Source of the DNA: an uncultured virus (IMG/VR IMGVR_UViG_3300031951_000046)
Lineage: Duplodnaviria > Heunggongvirae > Uroviricota > Caudoviricetes
IMG/VR virus record: IMGVR_UViG_3300031951_000046
Length of the DNA stretch: 64,000 nucleotides
Direction: 5' to 3' (one strand)
A program made the translations under genes and the position numbers. This document shows, piece after piece, positions 48,833 through 58,381 of this stretch. Position 1 is the first letter of the stretch. Each line of letters opens with the position of its first letter. Below the pieces are notes generated by a model. That model worked only from the letters and a program-made list of their open reading frames with translations. It was not told the origin of the DNA and made no database searches.

Positions 48833-49253
48833 AAGTATTATTGTTGGATATAGAAACCAGGTACCACCTCTCTACGCAACTCCTGGTTCTGCCGGTTGCG
48901 ATCTTGTCGCCAGCGAAGAAGTCACATTCCCACCCGGCAAATGGGCTTCTGTCTCAACGGGACTTCACCTTGAAATACCTCGAGGATATGTAGCACAGGT
49001 TTGTCCTAGGTCGGGCCTTGCGCTTAAGTACGGATTGACCGTCCTTAATTCTCCCGGTATTATTGATTCAGACTACAGGGGAGAAATTAAAGTTCTTCTT
49101 ATAAACCACAACTCCCTGCGTTATACTGTCAAGAAGGGAGACAGGATCGCTCAACTGGTTTTTATGCCTGTCGTTCATGCAGACATGAAGCACGTAGAAA
49201 CTCTTAGCAGCACTGAAAGAGGAGAAGGCGGCTTTGGTAGCACAGGGAAGTAA
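48825..49253 (+). CDS. dut: Trimeric dUTPase
   Basis: SAGCDL; PRSGLA; GIIDSDYRGEI; GDRIAQL; RGEGGFGSTG. Confidence 0.95.
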   Translation: MSESIIVGYRNQVPPLYATPGSAGCDLVASEEVTFPPGKWASVSTGLHLEIPRGYVAQVCPRSGLALKYGLTVLNSPGIIDSDYRGEIKVLLINHNSLRYTVKKGDRIAQLVFMPVVHADMKHVETLSSTERGEGGFGSTGK

Positions 49254-49255
49254 TA

Positions 49256-49579
49256 ATGGAAAGTTTTTTATTCATTCTTACGTTTGCTTTGGGGTACATA
49301 GCCGGTTCGCTAGACACCTTTAAGAGATCATTCTCCCGGAATGATTCTCCTGTCTTAGGCGGCACCACATCTTTTGTGTCTTCGGTCGCAAGAGAGCAAA
49401 AGCAAAACAATCCTGTAAAATCAAAAATTTCCATAGATGATTCCAAGTATGTTACTGACATTTCCACAGATGGAATGGAGTCAAAAGGGAAGCAGCTAGG
49501 TGTTGTTTCAACTACTAGCGACAACATATCTTCTGCTGCTAGCAAACTAGCGCAACTCAAGAAGATGAAAGATAGTTAA
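49256..49579 (+). CDS. Small protein with N-terminal hydrophobic anchor
   Basis: FLFILTFALGYIAG at the N-terminus; hydrophilic body; basic C-terminal helix. Confidence 0.6.
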   Translation: MESFLFILTFALGYIAGSLDTFKRSFSRNDSPVLGGTTSFVSSVAREQKQNNPVKSKISIDDSKYVTDISTDGMESKGKQLGVVSTTSDNISSAASKLAQLKKMKDS

Positions 49580-49652
49580 AATGGCAACGGGTTTCGGAGC
49601 AGGTTTTTTAACTAAAAAGGCACCTGTTACAGATGAAAGGATAAAAAAGCGC

Positions 49653-50657
49653 ATGGCTAAAGGATTAGACGTTGGAACTTCATTTATTGTTCTCGCATCA
49701 GAAGGTGAAGGCGGAACTGTTGATTACAAAGATTTTAGAGACGCTTTCTATGTGATTAAGCCCACTACGCCGATCGCTTCTAAGATGATCGAAAAGGGCC
49801 TTGCTGGAAAAGTTTTCGTAAAAGATGCAGATGGCTCCTACATCATCCTAGGTAAAGACGCAATTGAGAAAGCAGTGGAGCGTAATGACTCTGCTAAGCG
49901 TCCCATGTACAGAGGCGTTGTCTCTTCCAAGGAAAAAGACGCACGTCGTGTTCTCTCGTATATACTTAAGGAAGTTGCTGGGAAGGCCACAAAGAAAGGT
50001 GAGAAACTCGTCTTCTGTGTACCAGCACAACCAGTAGATCAGGAAGATGATGATTTTGATGTTGGCTACCATGAGGACGTTGTCAAGAAGGTCCTCGAAG
50101 AATGTGGTTATGAAGCTCGGGCGATCAATGAAGCAGAGGCGTTATGTTACTCGGAGCTTGCGGACGATGACTATACCGGTGTTGCCTTGTCTTGGGGCGC
50201 GGGTATGGTTAACGTTTGTGTCATTCTAAACGGAGAGCCTATCGTTAAGTTCTCCACAACTAAGTCTGGGGACTGGGTCGATCGCATGGCTGCTGTTGCT
50301 ACCGGTGAGACTGATTCTGTTGTTCAGGCAGAGAAGGAACAGGGCGACTTCACGATTGGAAAGCCAAGCGACAATCAGGTCCTTGCTGCAGTGTCTTCTT
50401 ATTATGATCGCCTCATCGACTACACCACGAAGCAGCTAACTGCTGCCATGGACGGTCACAAGGCTCTTCCTAAGTTTAAGGACCCACTACCAGTAGTCGT
50501 TGCAGGCGGCACCACGAAGGCCAAGGGGTTCGTTTCTCACTTTGAGAAGAAGTTGAGAGAGAACAATTTCCCACTGCCTGTTAAGGAAGTTCGTCATGCG
50601 TCCGATCCTCTTCATGCCGTGGCACGTGGCTGCCTCATTGCATCGCAGATTCTCTGA
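49653..50657 (+). CDS. Actin-like ATPase (MreB/MamK/ParM superfamily); alternative start 49581
   Basis: Phosphate-1 GLDVGTS; connect INEAEAL; phosphate-2 LSWGAGMVNV; SGDWVD; adenosine VVAGGT; DPLHAVARGC. Confidence 0.8.
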   Translation: MAKGLDVGTSFIVLASEGEGGTVDYKDFRDAFYVIKPTTPIASKMIEKGLAGKVFVKDADGSYIILGKDAIEKAVERNDSAKRPMYRGVVSSKEKDARRVLSYILKEVAGKATKKGEKLVFCVPAQPVDQEDDDFDVGYHEDVVKKVLEECGYEARAINEAEALCYSELADDDYTGVALSWGAGMVNVCVILNGEPIVKFSTTKSGDWVDRMAAVATGETDSVVQAEKEQGDFTIGKPSDNQVLAAVSSYYDRLIDYTTKQLTAAMDGHKALPKFKDPLPVVVAGGTTKAKGFVSHFEKKLRENNFPLPVKEVRHASDPLHAVARGCLIASQIL

Positions 50658-51016
50658 TGGACACTGAAGTAACGTGGAAGGTCTCGGAAGACTTTAACGG
50701 TCTTCTCGAGGCCATTCTTACTTGCAAACGGGAACTTACGAAGCATTGCTTTGCTAAGTTTGGATCTGCAAAGATCTTGGAATACAAGGTCTGTGCTCCT
50801 CATAAAGTATGTGAACTACTACTTCTCAGTGATAAGCAAACTCCTGTCAAGAGCAAGGAGTTTAACTCTTGCTGTCACAAAGCAGTCGCCAATTTTGAGC
50901 AGTTTCGACTTTATAGAACAAAGATGTTTGGAGATGGAAATATTCGTCTTGAAGCGCTGTTTGATATTGGCGAAGGTGTAGGAAAGCACTGGTACGGCAA
51001 TATCACGATTGCTTGA
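50657..51016 (+). CDS. Hypothetical protein
   Basis: TGATG overlap with the actin-like gene. Confidence 0.5.
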   Translation: MDTEVTWKVSEDFNGLLEAILTCKRELTKHCFAKFGSAKILEYKVCAPHKVCELLLLSDKQTPVKSKEFNSCCHKAVANFEQFRLYRTKMFGDGNIRLEALFDIGEGVGKHWYGNITIA

Positions 51017-51042
51017 AAAACATGTGAATGAGAAAGTAGAAT
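51013..51042 (+). promoter_or_regulatory. Sigma70-like promoter, probably leaderless transcript
   Basis: TTGAAA-18 nt-TAGAAT, 6 nt before ATG 51049; same architecture at 45685, 46640 and 56749. Confidence 0.55.
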
Positions 51043-51048
51043 CGAGTC

Positions 51049-52017
51049 ATGCCTGACGAGAGACCAATTTTCATTGTGGACGGCATGAACATGTTTTTGC
51101 GATCCTACTCAGCTTTCCCACAAATGTCTTCACACGGATATCAAATGGGAGGCTGTGTAGGATTCCTCAAGTCTCTGCAGCGCCTTTGCAGAGAGTATCA
51201 GCCAAGAAGCGTGTACATCACCTGGGAAGGCGGAGGATCTCAAAGACGTCGCAAGATATACCCAGAATATAAAGCGAATAGAAAACCAGGTAAGCTTAAT
51301 CGATTTTATGCCGACGATATTCCCGATACTGAGGAGAACAAGCAGCATCAACTCATAAGTCTTCTCAGCATGCTCAAGAACGTGCCTGTATGTCAGGTAT
51401 ACGTCTCTGACTGTGAGGGCGATGACATAGTTGCATTTCTCGTTCGTGGTCCTTTTAGAGAAAAGAACGTGGTTGTCATATCTGCAGACAAAGACATGTA
51501 TCAGCTGTTGGGATCGAAAGTGAAGATCTATTCACTATACAGAAAAAAGTTCATCACTGATGAAGACCTTTTCGAAGAATTTCGAATCAGAGCACACAAC
51601 TTCGCACTTGCGAAGTGTTTGTGTGGTGACGACTCAGATAACATACCTGGCATTCAAGGTCTTGGATTTAAGAGCGTAGCAAAGAAATTTCCAATGTTAG
51701 GCAGCGAAGACACCATTATTTTGCAAGATCTTATCAGTTACGCACATACTCAAAAGGGAATTCTTTACAAGCGAGTCATAGAAGAATCCAGTGTTGTCAC
51801 TAGAAATTGGCAACTAGTCCACCTGGACGGAAGTATGTTGTCAGGCGATCAGATGAAACGTGTAGAACATGCTGTGGATACATTTAAGCCCACAGTAAAT
51901 AAGATGGGTCTCATCAAACTCCTGCTGAAGGAAGGCATTAGCGATTTTGACTACGAGGGATTCTTTTACGATCTCTCATGCGTCGACGGTCTAAAGTTCA
52001 CTTCGGAGAATAAATGA
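51049..52017 (+). CDS. 5'-3' exonuclease / flap endonuclease (T4 RNase H / Pol I N-terminal-like)
   Basis: IVDGMN; YPEYKANR; EGDD; ISADKDMYQL; GDDSDNIPGIQGLG.K. Confidence 0.9.
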   Translation: MPDERPIFIVDGMNMFLRSYSAFPQMSSHGYQMGGCVGFLKSLQRLCREYQPRSVYITWEGGGSQRRRKIYPEYKANRKPGKLNRFYADDIPDTEENKQHQLISLLSMLKNVPVCQVYVSDCEGDDIVAFLVRGPFREKNVVVISADKDMYQLLGSKVKIYSLYRKKFITDEDLFEEFRIRAHNFALAKCLCGDDSDNIPGIQGLGFKSVAKKFPMLGSEDTIILQDLISYAHTQKGILYKRVIEESSVVTRNWQLVHLDGSMLSGDQMKRVEHAVDTFKPTVNKMGLIKLLLKEGISDFDYEGFFYDLSCVDGLKFTSENK

Positions 52018-53426
52018 TGCAAGAAAACGAAAATAAGATTAACGGAGTTTCCTTTGGTCAGTTTGGAAAATCCTTTCAAGAAAAGCTTTGTCAGGCACTT
52101 CTTGTTGACAACAAGTTCTCTGAGCAGATGATGGAGGTTGTTGACATCTCCTACTTTGAGGTTAATTACCTCAAGTTCCTGGCCGACAGGTACTTCGCAT
52201 ATTCTCGTAAATACAAGGTTTACCCATCCCTTCAGCTCCTTGTGACTATCATCAAGGACGACTTGAAGTCGGGAACCGATGTCATTCTCAGAGATCAGAT
52301 CATCGATTATCTTCAACGCATGAAGGCAAACCCAGATCCAGGAGACCTCCAATACGTCAAGGAGAAGTCTCTTGAGTTCTGTCGTAAACAAGCCTTGAAG
52401 AAGGCTCTTGAATCTGCCGTCGACCAGATGCAGGCAAACAAGTACGAGTCCATCGTCGAGACGATTAAGAAGGCAGTTCAGGTTGGTACAGCTCCTTCTG
52501 TCGGTCACGACTTCTTCAACGAGATGGATGCCCGTTTCACTAAGCTAAAGCGCGACACAATCCCAACTCGTCTACCAGAACTCGACAAGAAGGAGATCCT
52601 CAACGGTGGCAGTGGCAAGGGTGAACTTCTCTGTGTCGTCGGCGCCTCCGGTTCCGGTAAGTCACACTGGCTCACGATGATTGGAGCCAATGCTCTCCGT
52701 GAAGGAAAGAACGTTCTCCACTACACGTTCGAGCTATCTGAAACAGCTGTGGGTATTCGTTATGACTCCAATCTCTGCGACATCGATTCAAACGAAGTCA
52801 TGGATAGAAAAGACGAGGTTGCAAAGTATTACGATGAGACTCGTCTTGGAAGACTATTCATCAAGGAATATCCAACAAATACTGCTTCAGTTTATACTTT
52901 GAAGTCACACATCGAGCGATTGGATTTGAAAGGGTTTAAGCCTGACATCGTCATCATTGACTATGCAGACATCATGAGGTCTTCTCGACAGTTCGACTCT
53001 CTTCGTCATGAACTCAAGCTCGTCTATGAGGAATTGCGTGGTATGGCAATGGAAATCGGCGTTCCCATCTGGACGGCATCTCAGTCCAACAAGGACGGTG
53101 CAAACAGTGAAGTCATCGACATGACGAACATGTCTGAGGCTTACGGCAAGGCAATGATCTGCGATGTAATCGTATCTGTTTCACGTCGCCCCCACGAAAA
53201 GGCAGGTGGGTGGGGCCGTCTATACATTGCAAAGAACAGAGCTGGTAGAGATGGTCTAGTCTATCCTATAAAGATCAATACAGCAAGAAGTAAATTTGAC
53301 ATTACAGGAGAGTCTGATTCTCCCGAAGTTAACAGCATCGCAGTGGAAGATGAACAAAAGAAGGCAATTCTTTCCAAGTGGAAAGAACTTAAGAAGGATT
53401 TTGGAAAACCTGCGTCCGAAGTGTGA
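52014..53426 (+). CDS. dnaB: Replicative DNA helicase (DnaB / T4 gp41-like)
   Basis: GASGSGKS; FELSE; IKEYPT; IIDYADIM; WTASQSN; AKNRAGRDG. Confidence 0.9.
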   Translation: MMQENENKINGVSFGQFGKSFQEKLCQALLVDNKFSEQMMEVVDISYFEVNYLKFLADRYFAYSRKYKVYPSLQLLVTIIKDDLKSGTDVILRDQIIDYLQRMKANPDPGDLQYVKEKSLEFCRKQALKKALESAVDQMQANKYESIVETIKKAVQVGTAPSVGHDFFNEMDARFTKLKRDTIPTRLPELDKKEILNGGSGKGELLCVVGASGSGKSHWLTMIGANALREGKNVLHYTFELSETAVGIRYDSNLCDIDSNEVMDRKDEVAKYYDETRLGRLFIKEYPTNTASVYTLKSHIERLDLKGFKPDIVIIDYADIMRSSRQFDSLRHELKLVYEELRGMAMEIGVPIWTASQSNKDGANSEVIDMTNMSEAYGKAMICDVIVSVSRRPHEKAGGWGRLYIAKNRAGRDGLVYPIKINTARSKFDITGESDSPEVNSIAVEDEQKKAILSKWKELKKDFGKPASEV

Positions 53427-53508
53427 TATAATTGAGTTCTGAAACTTGAGTGCAATTATCGACTCGACGAAATAGTTATAAACCCGTCATTTGGAGACAT
53501 TTTTAAAC

Positions 53509-56022
53509 ATGATTAAGTACACACAGGAAGAAGCTTACGCAAGTTCGTTGGAGTATTTCGGAGGCGACGAGTTGGCTGCCTCTGTGTTTCTCTCCAAGTA
53601 TGCTCTGCGAGATTCAACTGGTTCTCTCCTCGAGAAGGCACCGGCGGACATGCACAGGCGTCTCGCCAAGGAGTTCGCTCGCATCGAGGCGAAGTACCCA
53701 AACCCGCTCAGCGAGGAAGAAATCTTCGAGTACCTGTCGAAGTGGGAGATCGTTCCACAGGGTTCTCCCATGTCCGCGATGGGCAATCCCTACAAGATCC
53801 AGTCTCTCTCCAACTGCTTCGTCATCGCAGCCCCTGAGGATTCGTATGGTGGCATTCTCTTTGCCGATCAGGAGCAGGCTCAGATCATGAAGCGCCGCGG
53901 CGGCGTTGGCTTTGACATCTCCACCATTCGTCCGCGAGGCATGCACACTGCGAACGCAGCTGGTACGACAGACGGCATCGGTGTCTTCATGGAGCGTTTC
54001 TCCAATACCTGCCGTGAAGTCGCTCAAGGCGGCCGCAGAGGCGCTCTCATGTTGACCGTCTCCGTTAATCATCCCGAGATCGAGACATTCATCAACATCA
54101 AGCGTGACCTTAAGAAGGTTACCGGTGCAAACATCTCCATTCGCCTTACAGACGACTTCATGCAGGCCGTCAAGGACGATTCCGAATACACCCTTCGGTG
54201 GCCAGTCGATGCATCGCCTTCTGATGCCAGGGTTACTAAGGTGGTCAAGGCCAAGGAAGTCTGGGACCAGATCATCGATGCAGCCTGGACCTCAGCTGAA
54301 CCAGGTCTCCTCTTCTGGGACACGGTCAAGAAGGCTACACCTACAGAGGCATATGCTTCTCTCGGTTACGGCTCTGTCTCCACCAACCCATGCGGTGAGA
54401 TCGTTCTCTCACCTTACGATTCCTGCCGTCTCCTCCTCCTCAACCTCGCCAAGTTCGTGAAGAACCCATATGATGCAGGTGCCACTTTTGATTACGTGGC
54501 ATTCGGTCGGGCCGCAAAGGTTGCTCAGAGGCTGATGGATGACCTCGTAGACCTCGAACTCGAGGCAGTGGACACCATTATCTCCAAGATTGAGTCGGAT
54601 CCGGAGTCTGAAGCTGTGAAGCACGCAGAACTCGCCCTGTGGCGCAAGATCAAGGATGCAGCTTCGAAGGGTCGCCGTACAGGCCTCGGCATTACTGCCA
54701 TGGGCGATGCTCTTGCAGCACTCAACATCCGCTACGGTTCTCAGGAATCGGTGGACAAGACCGAGGAGATCTACAAGGTTCTCGAGGTGAATGCCTATCG
54801 CTCTTCCGTTCGAATGGCCGCCGAACGTGGCGCCTTCCCTATCTTCTCCCACAAGCTCGAGGCGGAGCACGAGTTCATTCAGAAGGTGATCTCGGCAGAT
54901 CCAGAGCTTCGTTCAGATTACCTGAAGCACGGCCGCAGAAACATCGCCCTCACTACAACGGCCCCGGCAGGTTCGGTCTCGTGTCTCACGCAGACAACCA
55001 GCGGTATTGAACCGGCATTCCTCGTTTCCTACACACGCAGGAAGAAGGTCAATCCAAATGATGTTGATTCTCGTGTCGACTTCGTGGACCAGTTGGGTGA
55101 CAAGTGGCAGGAGTACAAGGTCTACCACCACGGCTATAAGAAGTGGATGGAAGTCACAGGCAAGGGCGATGTGATCGAGGAGTCTCCATACTGGAAGGCT
55201 ACATCCAACGATGTCGACTGGGAGATGTCAGTGAAGCTTCAGGCCGCTGCTCAGAAGTGGGTGTGCCACTCTCTCTCGAAGACCTGCAACCTTCCAAATG
55301 ACACAACCAAGGAGACTGTTGCCCAAGTTTACATGGCAGCTTGGGAATCAGGTTGCAAGGGCTTCACGGTGTATCGTGACGGTTGCCGCACCGGTGTCCT
55401 TGTTTCCGATGCTCCAAAGGCAGAAGAAAAGAAGGCTGACGGACAACCCACGGGCATCACAGAAAACCACGCACCAAAGAGGCCTAAGGAATTACAGTGT
55501 GATATTCACAGAATTAACGTGAAGGGTACGTCAGGTTCTGAAAGTTATCTCGTCCTCGTCGGCATGATGGATGACAAGCCTTATGAAGTCTTCTGTGGCC
55601 TCTCCTCGCACGTTGAAGTACCGAAGAAGGCGAAGCACGGAACACTCATCAAGAACGGCAAGAAGGATGGTGTGGCGACATACAACCTCTCCATTCCTGT
55701 CGGTGATGATGACGTTGTTGTCTTCAAGGATGTGGTCGAGCTCTTCGCCAATCCACTCCACGGAGCATTCACGCGTTCACTTTCGCTGGCCCTCCGCCAC
55801 GGTATTCCCGTCCAGTATGTCACTGAGCAGCTTCAGAAGGACAAGCACAGCGACATGCAGAGCTTCTCAAGAGTCATCGCTCGAGTTCTTAAGAGCTATA
55901 TCCCAGATGGAACGAAGTCTACTTCCGACAAGAAGTGCTCGTCTTGCGGAGCTACAGACGGTCTCGTCTATCAGGAAGGTTGCTTAACGTGCAAATCCTG
56001 CGGAAATTCCAAGTGTGGGTGA
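53509..56022 (+). CDS. nrdJ: Class II (adenosylcobalamin-dependent) ribonucleotide reductase with C-terminal Zn-ribbon
   Basis: SLSNCF; RRGGVG; GRRGALM; GANIS; AEPG; TNPCGEI; RRTGLG; APAGS; KGFTVYRDG; C-terminal C..C..EGCLTC..CG.SKC; no small-subunit gene adjacent. Confidence 0.88.
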   Translation: MIKYTQEEAYASSLEYFGGDELAASVFLSKYALRDSTGSLLEKAPADMHRRLAKEFARIEAKYPNPLSEEEIFEYLSKWEIVPQGSPMSAMGNPYKIQSLSNCFVIAAPEDSYGGILFADQEQAQIMKRRGGVGFDISTIRPRGMHTANAAGTTDGIGVFMERFSNTCREVAQGGRRGALMLTVSVNHPEIETFINIKRDLKKVTGANISIRLTDDFMQAVKDDSEYTLRWPVDASPSDARVTKVVKAKEVWDQIIDAAWTSAEPGLLFWDTVKKATPTEAYASLGYGSVSTNPCGEIVLSPYDSCRLLLLNLAKFVKNPYDAGATFDYVAFGRAAKVAQRLMDDLVDLELEAVDTIISKIESDPESEAVKHAELALWRKIKDAASKGRRTGLGITAMGDALAALNIRYGSQESVDKTEEIYKVLEVNAYRSSVRMAAERGAFPIFSHKLEAEHEFIQKVISADPELRSDYLKHGRRNIALTTTAPAGSVSCLTQTTSGIEPAFLVSYTRRKKVNPNDVDSRVDFVDQLGDKWQEYKVYHHGYKKWMEVTGKGDVIEESPYWKATSNDVDWEMSVKLQAAAQKWVCHSLSKTCNLPNDTTKETVAQVYMAAWESGCKGFTVYRDGCRTGVLVSDAPKAEEKKADGQPTGITENHAPKRPKELQCDIHRINVKGTSGSESYLVLVGMMDDKPYEVFCGLSSHVEVPKKAKHGTLIKNGKKDGVATYNLSIPVGDDDVVVFKDVVELFANPLHGAFTRSLSLALRHGIPVQYVTEQLQKDKHSDMQSFSRVIARVLKSYIPDGTKSTSDKKCSSCGATDGLVYQEGCLTCKSCGNSKCG

Positions 56023-56044
56023 ATAGTTAAGTTCGGAGTCGAAA

Positions 56045-56491
56045 ATGAAACTTACCCAGAGACAACTTGAGAAGATCACAGGCCTCATCAACGAGGAGGC
56101 AGAAGTTAGAAAGAACCTCCATGAGAGCATGTACGAGAACAGGAAGAAGTCTGTCGCGCAGGAAAGTTTTCTCTTTGAGAATGCAGATCCAAGTGACATG
56201 CCTGGTCAGCTCGTTGCAGCGCTCGATGACGAGATGACAAATTATTCACAGCAAGTTCTTACACCCATTAACAAGAAGGTCTACGCTGAACTTTCAAACA
56301 TGTATTACGACTTGACTGGAAAGACCGTCAAAGCTGATATACTGAGAGACAATCTTGAGGAGTTTAACTCCTATGAACTTGAGATGGAGCTTGTGACAGA
56401 TATTAAGATGGCTATCGACAGATACGTTCTCGCTCTTGGCAAACTTGCCGTTGAAGAATCAGGAGTTAATTCTCCTGAGGGAATGGAATGA
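56045..56491 (+). CDS. Acidic hypothetical protein, possible head-internal protein
   Basis: MKLTQRQLEKITGLINEE; ATAGTTA upstream. Confidence 0.6.
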   Translation: MKLTQRQLEKITGLINEEAEVRKNLHESMYENRKKSVAQESFLFENADPSDMPGQLVAALDDEMTNYSQQVLTPINKKVYAELSNMYYDLTGKTVKADILRDNLEEFNSYELEMELVTDIKMAIDRYVLALGKLAVEESGVNSPEGME

Positions 56492-56772
56492 AGAAGCAGC
56501 AAGCACTTAAGCAGGTGATTGCCTCGGAAGTGAAGTCTATCCTCAAAGAGGACTATGCCCGAGGCATTCCTGATTTCGCACTCTCTCAGGTTGCATCTGA
56601 TGCAACTGAAGGTCTCAAGCGTCATCTTCGTAGACACATCAGCCAGATGTCAAAAGATCCTGCCAAGCAACGACAGATGCTTGCATCTGCAAATTCTGTC
56701 CTTCAAGAGCTTGAGAAGGAAATGAAGGAACTTCTCGAAGAGAAGTTATTGAAATTCGTACGCAGCGTATAG
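56488..56772 (+). CDS. Hypothetical protein
   Basis: ATGA overlap; LKQVIASEVKSILKE. Confidence 0.55.
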   Translation: MKKQQALKQVIASEVKSILKEDYARGIPDFALSQVASDATEGLKRHLRRHISQMSKDPAKQRQMLASANSVLQELEKEMKELLEEKLLKFVRSV

Positions 56773-56784
56773 TAATATGGCGTT

Positions 56785-57444
56785 ATGCCACAACAACCCA
56801 ACAGAGTAGAACTTATTGGTTTCTACGGTGGAGATGAGTCGCACGCATTGTCAGCATGGACCTCCACCTCTCGTGATTTAACAGACGAGAAACGTGAGAG
56901 AATTCCCAAGCTCTTGAAGATGCTCGCTGAAAACGGACATGAGACACCCTTCGAGAAGTCGTCACTCCACTTCCTCTGCACCACCGAGATAGCCACACAC
57001 ATCCATCTCATCAAGCACCGAATTGGAGTCTCTGTCAATGGCGAATCTGCCCGTTATAAGGAACTGAAGGACGATAAGTACTACGTTCCCACCGATTGGG
57101 ATGCGGAGGAGAAGACAAAGTATGTGGAACACATGGAGGCATCTCTCTCCAAGTACCATGAGGTGTTAACTCGTCTGGAGAAGAAGGGAGTTCCTCGGAA
57201 GCGTGCCAAGGAGTCTGCTCGAATGTACGTTCCGTATGGAAACCAGCTCACCGCCGACGTGATGTTCAACTTTCGATCCTTCGTTCATTTCCTTCGGTTA
57301 CGTTACTCCACGCATGCACAGCTTGAGGTTCGTGACCTTGCAGGTGACATGCTCCGTCTCGTGAAGGAGACAGGACAGTTTGATGCCACACTTGAGGCGT
57401 TCGGTCTGTTAAAGGATGGACAACTGAGGGGACCGTTCGAATGA
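56785..57444 (+). CDS. thyX: Flavin-dependent thymidylate synthase
   Basis: HETPFE; KHRIGVSVNGESARY (RHRx7-8S-type motif); KESAR; NFRSFVHFLRLR..HAQLEVR. Confidence 0.9.
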   Translation: MPQQPNRVELIGFYGGDESHALSAWTSTSRDLTDEKRERIPKLLKMLAENGHETPFEKSSLHFLCTTEIATHIHLIKHRIGVSVNGESARYKELKDDKYYVPTDWDAEEKTKYVEHMEASLSKYHEVLTRLEKKGVPRKRAKESARMYVPYGNQLTADVMFNFRSFVHFLRLRYSTHAQLEVRDLAGDMLRLVKETGQFDATLEAFGLLKDGQLRGPFE

Positions 57445-58031
57445 GTAAGATCATTGTGATTGAGGGACCTGATAGGGTTGGTAAAGCTACACAGAGCGCG
57501 CTCCTGTGCGAGTATCTTTGGCAGTGCGGCAAGAAGGCAAAGGTTGTCGAAGTTCCCATTCACGATGAGATGACCTACAAGGCCATTTATTGGATGCTTG
57601 AGAAAGGACATGCCAAGAAGTTTCCTAGAGTATTCCAGTTGACCCAGTTTCTAAATAGATGGTTGTTCCAGACGAAAGAACTCTCTGATCTTGATCATGT
57701 GTATGACTATCTCATCTTCGACAGGTGGAGTCTGTCAACTACTGTCTACGGCAAAGCCGCTGGAGTTGATGACGGATTCGTGAATTACTTTTATAAAAAG
57801 TTGAGAAAACCTGACTTCACTCTCGTGCTTCTTGGTGAGCCTCACAAACATGAACCTGAAGATGTTTACGAGAAAGACGCAAAGCTTCAGGAGAATGTCA
57901 GAAAGCTATACGCTGACTGGGTAAACAAACATCCTAAGGAGGCGCATGTGGTTGCGTCAGACCGTCCAAAAGAATCTGTGTTTACAGAAATAATCGTGGT
58001 ATTAAAGACTACAAGAAACATTCCGGCATAA
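57441..58031 (+). CDS. tmk: Thymidylate (dTMP) kinase
   Basis: IVIEGPDRVGKATQ P-loop; FDRW..S..YG; PD. Confidence 0.85.
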   Translation: MSKIIVIEGPDRVGKATQSALLCEYLWQCGKKAKVVEVPIHDEMTYKAIYWMLEKGHAKKFPRVFQLTQFLNRWLFQTKELSDLDHVYDYLIFDRWSLSTTVYGKAAGVDDGFVNYFYKKLRKPDFTLVLLGEPHKHEPEDVYEKDAKLQENVRKLYADWVNKHPKEAHVVASDRPKESVFTEIIVVLKTTRNIPA

Positions 58032-58042
58032 AGGAGAATTAA

Positions 58043-58291
58043 ATGAGTTACAAGATTTCAGACAGCGTTGCAATGAGAATGATCCAGATCTTTCAGGAAG
58101 CCGTCATCTTCGGTATCGACGGTGCTGACCTACTCCGACAGGTCCGTCTCGTGGAGGATCCAAAGGAAGAGGGAACTCTCACTCTCGATTCCGAGTACGT
58201 CAAGCTGGTCGCAGAGATGCACGAGAAGTCACTTGCCGAAGCTGCAAAGAAGCAGGCAGAGGCAGAGATCACTAGAGATCTCTTGATCTAA
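58043..58291 (+). CDS. Hypothetical protein
   Basis: 82-aa ORF with AAGGAG. Confidence 0.6.
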   Translation: MSYKISDSVAMRMIQIFQEAVIFGIDGADLLRQVRLVEDPKEEGTLTLDSEYVKLVAEMHEKSLAEAAKKQAEAEITRDLLI

Positions 58292-58381
58292 AAAAAGTTA
58301 CTCAAGGGGTTACCTTCTTCGAGGGGATGATTATCGTAGGATCACGAGGCAATGAGCCTCAAGACCACAGGAGAACAATAG

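Noticed and set aside
44499..49253. 2-aminoadenine (Z-genome) pathway
   Set aside because: No PurZ-like gene in the window, the HD protein looks YhaM-like and the dUTPase is canonical. Not excluded for the rest of the genome.
47651..56022. Inteins in RecA, helicase or RNR
   Set aside because: Lengths are ordinary and no intein splice-junction or LAGLIDADG blocks were seen.
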